Source: Octopus sinensis
Taxonomy: Eukaryota
DNA length: 64,000 nucleotides
Assembly (NCBI RefSeq): GCF_006345805.1
Contig: NC_043010.1
Span: forward strand, 33,542,001-33,606,000
Direction of reading: 5' to 3'
The translations under genes were made by a program, and so were the position numbers. How positions within the stretch are numbered: position 1 is the stretch's first letter; every line of letters begins with the position of its first letter. Below are positions 54,985 to 64,000 of this stretch, piece by piece. The notes beneath the pieces were generated by a model. It was not told the DNA's origin. It ran no database searches and saw only the letters and a list, made by a program, of their open reading frames with translations.

Positions 54985-57466
54985 CATACACTCATGGTTT
55001 GAGTTCTATTTTTACCTGTTTGCATCATCAGGCAACAGAAAGGGCATCCAGCCATAGAAACCATACCAAATCAGGCTGGAGTCTGGTACAGTTCCTCAGT
55101 TTGCCAGCTCTGGTCAAACCGTCCAATCCATATCAAACATGGACAATGGATGATACACGTGCACATACACAGATATCTTAATATTTGTACACAGCATGAG
55201 TAAAATTTCGAGTGCATATATATATATATATAGTTACATCTCAGACCATATGGGTGGGTATATATGCACATAGCTACCAACCTTACAACTAACATCTTTC
55301 TTCAATGTTTAGCATAAAATGTTCACTTCCTCTTTCTCACCCTTCCTTTATGATTTTTGTCCAGAAGAAAAGATAGACATTCCCAAAATTTTTTCACCAG
55401 CTACATTTTATTTATTATTAATGGTATTATTGACTAAATGAAATGTTGTCAGGCATTCAACGCATTCTACCAGCTGGGGATTGGTGAAGGATATGAATGT
55501 TGATGGCCTGGGATCAACTCTTGACACTGACCAGATCAGCCTGAATTAGTCTCATCTGGAAGATTTAGAGACCAGGGATTATATAGTTTCCAAAAGTTCT
55601 GACTATGCCACATGACCATGCCTGGTGAGTTTAAGCCTCTTCAGGATAAACTTTACAGCTGTGGCTATGACTTGGTCACTAGCAGCTAGAACTACTACTA
55701 ACCAAATCAGTCCAGCACACACATAGGATGGACCCAGTTATCAGCTGAGTCTATCATAAAGATTGAACTGCAGTCTTTCTTTATCAAGGAAGGGAACAGC
55801 ATGTTGTCTTCCTGTGTCTGGTGGCTATGACAAAAAATAAGCTACATGGTGATCAGTTGTAAGATTAGACCTCAGCTTTTCCTCTCAGCACCAAGCCTTT
55901 GCCTTGCTTCTTCAAATACTACTTGAGGAGGAAGGAGCTGCTTTCTGGTAAATTTTACGAAAGGTGGGTATGAAATGCAAGAGGGTGTTGGTTTTTGCTG
56001 CATCTCAGCAATCTGGAAATGGATGTGGGGTATTTAAAATTACATGTATCTACCTCTTCCTTCCATTTCAGGAATCTTATTTTTCTTGTTCTCTACTGCT
56101 AGTTCTGTTTTATTTTTACTTAATTGCATTTTACCTTCTACTTCTTTCTGCAATTAGACTGTGGCCATACTGGGGCACCCTTGAAGAGTCAGTTGAACAA
56201 ATCAACCCCAGTTCTTATTTTGTTTCTTTAAATCTGGCACTTATTTCTATCACTCCATTGTTGCCAAACTGTTAAGTTATATAGACATAAACAAACCAAT
56301 ACCAGTTCTCAAACAGTGTGTGGTTGGGTGGGTGAAACAGAAACACACACACATACACACACATGCACACATGACATATTTTTACACACTTCCAGCCTGC
56401 CAGATTCAAAGCATTGGTTGTCCCAGGATTATAGAAGTCACTTGCCCAAGGTGTCACCCAGTGAAATTGAACCCAAAACCATATTGTAGCAAAAGTGAGC
56501 ATCTTAACCACTCAGCCATTATTAATATGTCTCTAATATTATTGTTAATCTCATCCTTTTACTCGATATAAAACCACCCCTATTTCTTTGTTGTTTCTCT
56601 CTTTATTTTGTCTTTGTATCCTTCCTAATGTTTTGGGGCTCTTTGTGTCCAATTAAATCAGTCATCATCAGCATGGCAGCCTGGTGTTAATTATTTATTT
56701 ATTCTCCCGTATATCCACATTAAGTAAGATATACAGAATACTATTTTGAACTAATACTACTTCTGTCACTAATAACAAATTTTTACCCAGCCATCCAGCC
56801 ACCCATCTGTTTACAACATGAGTGATTTGTTAATTACTGTTTATATCTGTTGTGGCTTAATTTATCTGAGCATGCAATTGCTAGTGGATATTGGCTACTA
56901 ATGTCACTCAAAGAAGCAGAAATCTAGATTTTGCAATTAATTCCTCCATTGCTGCTGGATGCTTTTCATCTGCTACTGATATACTTCAGTGCTTTTTGGG
57001 GGCTATACATTTCTACAAGATGCTTTCTCAAGATGAATGCTACAGTTTTCTGGCTTTCTGCTGTGTATCCACATTGAGTAAGATATACCAAATGCTATTT
57101 TATTTATTTTATCTTTTACTTGTTTCTGTCATTAGACTGCGACCATGCTGGGGTGCTGCCTTGAAGTATTTTTAATCAAATGAATTCACACCGTACATTT
57201 TTCTTTTATGCCTGGTACTTATTCAATCAGTCTCTTTTGCCAAGCCACTAAGTTACAACAATGTAAACACCAACATCAGTTGTCAAGCAGTGACAAACAG
57301 AGACAGAAAGAGACACGTACACATAAATACATACATACATACTTATATATATGTGTGTGTGTGTGTATTTTTTATTTTTTTATTTTATTTTATCTAGTTT
57401 CAGCTCACGAGCTGTGGCCATTCTGGGGCACCACCATTCGGTGTTGCTACATGATTTTACTTTACG

Positions 57467-57510
<44 letters not shown>

Positions 57511-58085
57511 CATACATACATACAATAAGCTTCTTTCAGTTTCTGTCTACCAAATCCTATCAAAAGGCTTTGATCGACCCACACAGCAGGACTGAGCTCA
57601 GAACCATGTGGTTGAGAAGCAAACTTATCACATAGCCATTCTTGCGTCTATGATGTTTTGTGTTTGTTTGTTTTTTATTGTCTTTGTATTTTTGGTTAGT
57701 GACTTGTATTTACTTTTCCTAATCCAATCCTACCTGAGAAATAGAATGCTATTGTTGGAGCATTTGCAGGTGTGTGCGTAGCCTCATGTCATTGTTACAG
57801 TAGCACTAAAAGAAGCTAATTTCTGTAATTTGAATAAGAATTATTTGAGATTTGAAACTTCTAGAGAGAACTTGGCTAGTGGGGGGGGGGGGGGGCTGTT
57901 CTTCAGGTAAATTTGGTAGCATAAATTACATTCTGTTTGGAATAAGATTCCATAACGAAAAACATTATTCTGTTGGAACCCATTTACGTTCATTGCTACC
58001 TACTTCTTTCCTTCCTTCCTTACTTTCTTTGTACATACATACATACATACATGAACATATATGCACTCATATCTGTATATGTGTG

Positions 58086-58251
58086 TGCATATATGTATGT
58101 TAAGTAGGGCGGCGAGCTGGCAGAAACGTTAGCACGCCGGGCGAAATGCGTAGCCGTATTTCGTCTGCCGTTAACGTTCTCAGTTCAAATTCCGCTGAGG
58201 TCGACTTTGTCTTTCAACCTTTCGGGGTCGATTAAATAAGTACCAGTTACG
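58086..58251 (+). mobile_element. Young CpG-rich SINE family B copy, 3' truncated
   Basis: GGGCGGCGAGCTGGCAGAAACGTTAGCACGCCGGGCG... retains CpGs that have decayed in other copies. Confidence 0.85.
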
Positions 58252-59326
58252 CTGTTATGTCAATGAATGACAAAAGAATCATTTTCATTAGTTTACAACT
58301 GTTTTTCAAGCTTTTACTTAGAGCTGAGTACTTGTGCAACATTTCATAGCTTTTTCAGAACCATTTAAAATGTGTGTGTGTGTGTGTGTGTGTGAAGAGA
58401 GAGAGAGAGAGAGAGAGAGAGATGGGGGTAGATATTAAAACAATAGTGTTTATGTGTGTGTGTGTGTACATTTAGAAAAAGAGAAGTGAAGTAACTAAGA
58501 TTTGCATAGAAGGTAATCTTCAACACATACACACACACACACACACGCGATCACACATGTAATGTGAACTAGTATCTCAGATTTTCATAATAAGCCTCCT
58601 TAAACCATGGACATTTCCTGTAAACAGTTAATGAGCAACTGGAACAACCAGGAAAACTGTTGAAGGGTCACAGAGCATTTTCACCACTCCTGCCTTCCTT
58701 TCATGCCAGAAACCAAGCTGACTGATTCACCATTTAAGAGGTCAAGTGAGGCAGTGACTTTTTGTATGCCTGTGTGTTTGTATTTATTTGTGTGTATGTA
58801 CACACACTCACACACACACATACACACATGTACTTGAATAATACATATATATACGTATGTATGTACTCCACAGTTTATGACCGGGTTCCGTTTCACTCAA
58901 GTAGTCAGTAAGCCAATATGGACATATGTTGAAGACCTGCTGTTTTTGGAGAATCCATCATCATTTAACATCCGTTTTCCACTCTGGCAGAGGTTGGACG
59001 GTTTGACAGGAGCTGGCGAGCCAAGGAACTGTGCTAAGTCCTGTTGTCTGCTGTGGCATTGTTTTCTATGGCTGGATGCCCTTCCTGGTGCTAACCATTT
59101 ACAGAGTGTACTGGGTGCTTTTTACATGACACCAGCACTAGTGAGGTGACCAAGTAACTTGCAAGACAGAAAATCCCTTAACTGAGAAATGGAGTGGTTT
59201 TGAGTGAAATGACTTTGTGCCACTATGGGTTTACATTTTCCTGTCTGGTTTTTCATTCAGACCATCAGCAATTTTTCTATTTGTGGGTAAGACCCTGTTG
59301 CTACTTTAATATTTATGATTGACCAA

Positions 59327-59749
59327 GGAGGCAAGATGGCAGAAAGGTTAGCACGCCGAGCGAAATGCTTAGCAGTATTTTGTCTGCCGCTACATTCTGA
59401 GTTCAAATTCCGCCAAGGTTGACTTTGCCTTTCATCCTTTTGGGGATGATTAAATAAGTACCAGTTATCCACTGGGGTCGATATAATCAATTAAATTTGT
59501 TTGTCTGTCCTTGTTTGTCCCCTCTGTGTGCAGTAAAGAAATAAGAAACGTTAGCATGCCGGGCAAAATGCTCAACGGTATTTTGTCTATCTTTACGTTC
59601 TGAGTTCAAAGTCCATCAAGGTCAATTTTGCCTTTCATCCTTTCAGGGTCAATAGATTAAGTACCAGTTACATCCTGGGGTCAATCTAATTGACTGGCCC
59701 CCCCTCCCCAAAATTCCAGGCCTTGTGCCTAGAGTAGAAAAGAATATTT
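59327..59749 (+). mobile_element. Dimeric SINE family B
   Basis: Junction AAAGAAATAAGAAAC|GTTAGC at 59544-59549. Long-tail monomer first, short-tail monomer second. Confidence 0.85.
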
Positions 59750-62700
59750 ATTATTGACCACACAGCAGCTGATCGCTTTGTTCAAGACTTCATCATTGTC
59801 CCTTCACAGGGTCAAGTTTTAATCATGTGCAATAGCATTTACATGTTTTTTTTTTTATATTTATTACTCATGTGTTGGGCATGACAGTGTGCTTATGAAG
59901 TTTGCTTGAGAACCATGTAGTTTAACTCTTCAAAGTTTTATCAAATGTTTGGCTTATTTAAGCAGTTTGAATAAACTTTGCACTTGTGTGTGTGTGTGTG
60001 TGTAGACATTGATATATTATCTGATAGCTGAAGGAGAAGGATGAGGACATCAATAGCAACTGCTGCAGGGCCTCCCAAGCTATTCCTAACTTAATAGGGT
60101 TGATGTTCAGATTAGGCATCTGTAAGTTTGGTGCCAGTTTGGTAAATTTAGGCTGGGAGGTAACTTGAAAGAGATTATAGATCTGATGAGGAAAGATTGG
60201 GTTTATAAGTATTTAGTGCAAGAACTTGGTGTGTGGTGATGTTAATGGCGGAGTTAAGTTGAACAAGAAGGTCCCCTCATTGTACTGTATTTTGGTTAGG
60301 GTAGCAGTTGTATTCTATAGCTTTCTTGTATAAAGGAGAAAGTTAAAGATATTCTTTTATTCTTTTGTTTCAGTCATTTGACTGTGGCTATGTTGGAGCA
60401 CCGCTTTGAGATAGTTTAAAATATCTTTTTGTCTTGTTTCATTCATTAAACTGCAGCCATGGTGGAGCACCCACCATCTCGAAGAATTTTTAGTTAAATA
60501 AATCAGCCCCAGGGCTTTTGTTTTTAAAGCTTGCTACTTATTCTATCAGTTCTCTTTTGCTGAACTGCTAAGTTACAGAGATGTAAATGCACCAACACCA
60601 GATGTCAAGTGGTGATGGGGGACAAAGATCCCCACACATTCAACAGATTTCTTTGAGTTTCCATCTACCAAATCCATTCACAAGGCTTTGGTCAGCCTGA
60701 GGTTATAGTAGGAGACACTTGCCCAAGGTGCCATGCAGTGGGATTGAACCTGGAACCAAGTGGTTGGGAAGAAAACTTCTTACCACATGAAGAATTTGGT
60801 AAAATGACTTCATCGTTATTAGTCTACCTTGTCTTTTTAACGATGTGTTCTTCAATCTTTTTATTACCATATTTCTGTTGATTTTTTTTTTTTTTGATTA
60901 TGAAGAATTTAGTAAAATAACTTAGTCATAAAGCTGGTGCTTGGAACATAAATTAACATGAAATTTTGATGTAGGAAATTTGTATCACAGGACTAGAAGT
61001 GGTCTCAGGTATGTTTATCACAAAAGGTTTAATCCTTTAGCATTTTGACCAGCCATATCCAGCCAAAATATTCTACCTGTTCTATGTTCAAATCAAATAG
61101 ATCTGGCCAGCCATACCTGCACTAAAATGTTATTTTAAAAATAACCTATCGCATCATTGTGTTGTTTAACTCCAGGCAAGCACTAAGTGCATGGCTTAGT
61201 GGTTAGAGTGTTGAACTCATGGCCATAAGATTGCGGTTTCGTCTCCTGGACCAGAAGACATGTTGTGTTCTTGAGCAAAACACTTCACTTCATGTTGCTC
61301 TTGTCCACTCAGCTGGCAAAAATGAGTAACCCTGCAACAGACTGGCATCCCATTCAAGTGGGGAATATATACGCCATAGCAACCGGGAAACCAGCCTGGT
61401 GTGACAGAAAGAAGGTAACTTTACTTTTTTAATCACATCACTGAAATCTGGAAGCCATGAGATAATACATGATTAATTCAAAACAATATGAATAGACAAG
61501 CATTACATTTGACAGAGTAATCTGAATGCTAAAGGGTTAAGGTAGTTGTGTGCTGTTATAAAGAGATTTATAAAGAGATTTAACTACCCAGTCAAATGAC
61601 AACATAGCCTCCCTGTTTGATATTTGAGTAGCCAGCTAGAAGACCCTAATCACCTGTAAACCAGTTGTTGTCATTTTTAAATCCATGCCAGCCATGATCA
61701 AGGTTGTTGCTGGGTAAGGTAATGAGTTATCAAATGGATATATAGCAGATTGTATATTATCAACACCAGCCCAATTAGCTGTGTATAGGCAGCTGTCGTT
61801 TAATCCAAGGTCTTCTCTGTTTAAGTGCTCACATAATGATCAAAGACACCCAGCCATAACTCTCTCCTGTTCTCTCTGCCTATTGTCATTTTTCTGGCAA
61901 AGTGTATCCGAAGCTACATCATCCACTGTGTCCCTTTATTGTAAAATGGTGGTGCATGGTGTGAGGGAATTTTGGCAGCTATTTCTTGCAAGTTGAGTGA
62001 CCTTGTACAAGTTCACTTGTTAGTACTCCATGGTGGTGTATTGCAATACTGTAAACACTGACAATTTCATTATAATTTTGTTTATTTTCTTCATTGATGT
62101 GCAATATATTGATTTGCAACTCCATGTTCCAATTCATTCCAGGAGAGAACTACTCGCAACAAGCTGGAATCTTATCAAGGAATTAATTTATAAGCCTGAT
62201 TGATGTTTGGATCACAGCTGGACAAAATGTTTTTTGGCATTTAATATATAAAATTATGATGAATCTCTTAGTTATTGAAATCTCAGAGTTTGAAAATCTG
62301 GTTGAAGTTTTAATAAAGAAAAATATAAGCACTTAAAACCCTTTTGAGACCAGCTTGTCTAAGACCAACTTTTGTTCCGAGATACAAACTTCCTATCACA
62401 ATTTTATGTTAAACTATTCCAAGCAAAGGCAGCAAGCTGGCAGAATCGTTAGCACGTGGGGTGGAATGCTTAGCGGCATTTCATCCATCTTTAAGTTCTG
62501 AGTTCAAATTCCACTGAAGTTAACTTTGCCTTTCATACTTTCAGGGTCGATAAAATAAGTACCAGTTGAGTACTGGGATCGATGCAATCAAAATACCCCC
62601 TTCTCAAAATTGCTGGCCTTGTGCCAAAATTTGAAATCAAATTATATTCCAACCACCAACTTAATAAGGGCAACATTATTTTGCTAAATTCTTGGTTATT

Positions 62701-63459
62701 TTCAAAATGAATTGAAATAAAGACAGTGTATTTTAACAGAAATACGGTAATGAAAAGGATAAGTCTTGGCAAGTTGCTAACGTGTGTCTATGTTTAATCC
62801 TCTAACATTTAAACCAACCATGTACAGCCCAAATATTCTACATAATTTATGTTGCAGCTGGCCAGATCCAGCCTCTCACACCTACCCTACTATGCCATTC
62901 TAAACATAAACAATAACATCTTCAAAATTTTGAAGTTGCAACATATTACATGATGGAATTTTAATAAATGTGGATAAATATGCATTACATCTGATAAATC
63001 AATCTGAATACTAAAGGGTTGATATACATCAGTGTATATAGCCCTAGCATTAAGTCTGTGTATATTATATACAGTGTGCAGCCCTGTCAATGTGTATATA
63101 TTTAATATACTACCAGTGTATATAACCATTTCATGATTACTCTAATTGTACTTTATGACTGGATGTATATAAGTGAGAGTGTGTGTGTATATTTGGGTGC
63201 ATGTGTATATTATTGTTAAATATACACCCAATGTATATATATATATATATGAACAATTATATATATGTATATATATATATATATGAACAATTTTAAACAC
63301 TGTTGGATTTTTCTCATAAGGTATTGGAATCTTACATATACCATTCTGCCTAAAAAATGGATCTACAAATTCAATATCCCTACATATCTCACATCTATTT
63401 TCTTTCCGCCACCTCACTCTCTATTTTGTATCTTATCTAAATTAATTATTACTCACTCC

Positions 63460-63511
63460 GTCTCCGATGAAGGGATATAATTGATAAATATCCTGGAAAC
63501 AGCTGTAAGAC
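63460..63511 (+). ncRNA. Variant hammerhead ribozyme motif (family C; U4>C in core)
   Basis: GTCT-CCGATGA-A-GGGATAT/ATATCCT stem II-G-GAAA-C AGCT G-TA-AGAC. Palindromic stem III ACAGCTGT, 4-bp stem I GTCT/AGAC. Confidence 0.6.
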
Positions 63512-63584
63512 CATCTATCTATAAATGTTCTAATATCTACACAGCCTTGGTTTTTTTTATCTCATTACACAAAAAATTCTTTTA

Positions 63585-63624
<40 letters not shown>

Positions 63625-63625
<1 letters not shown>

Positions 63626-63931
63626 TCTTTTACTTGTTTCAGTCATTTGACTGCGGCCATGCTGGAGCACCATCTTTAGTCGAGCAAATCAACCCCGGGA
63701 CTTATTCTTTGTAAGCCCAGTACTTATTCTATCGGTCTCTTTTTTCCGAACCGCTAGGTGACGGGGACGTAAACACACCAGCATCAGTGTCAAGCAATGC
63801 TAGGGGGACAAACACAGACACACAAATACATATATACGACGGGCTTCTTTCAGTTTCCGTCTACCAAATCTACTCACAAGGCTTTGGTCGGCCCGAGACT
63901 ATAGTAGAAGATACTTGCCCAAGGTGCCACG
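63625..63931 (-). mobile_element. SINE family A copy, 5' truncated, CpG-rich
   Basis: Reverse-complement match to the body and 3' end of 2650-3043. Confidence 0.85.
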
Positions 63932-64000
63932 AATTGGGCTTTATATATATATATATATAGCCCTATCATTGTTTCTCATTGCACCTAATGTGTGTGTATC

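Noticed and set aside
62141-62320. Possible plus-strand terminal exon (TTCCAG acceptor, AATAAA near 62309)
   Set aside because: All frames close within 15-20 codons with no recognisable peptide, and it cannot be linked to other exons.

Overview
AT-rich, repeat-dense eukaryotic genomic DNA. The tRNA-headed SINE families look like octopus (coleoid cephalopod) repeats; that assignment is inference from recognition, not a database result. There is no long ORF, rRNA, intact tRNA or CRISPR array, and nearly all ORF-track entries are microsatellite read-throughs or antisense to repeats. The window is mostly intron or intergenic sequence containing at least four SINE families, two TTAA-flanked piggyBac-like MITE families, decayed CR1/L2-type and RTE LINE fragments, a five-copy ~650-750 bp tandem array and many microsatellites. 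A few candidate exons (+35545-35573; -10944-10817; -1144-1079) belong to unidentified gene(s). The main find is a set of minimal type I hammerhead ribozyme (HHR) motifs from three unrelated repeat families. Family A is a tRNA-headed, HHR-containing, fold-back retroelement at two loci (13499-14106 with a 17-bp TSD; 33881-34220 with a 10-bp TSD). Family B is an inverted-repeat element with an HHR at 44265-44326 (-). Family C is a variant HHR at 63460-63511 (+). All show a loopless or near-loopless palindromic stem III, as in dimer-cleaving Penelope-like-element (PLE) hammerheads. A Pol III-promoter SINE carrying a PLE-type ribozyme and inverted architecture is the best candidate for an undescribed system here.
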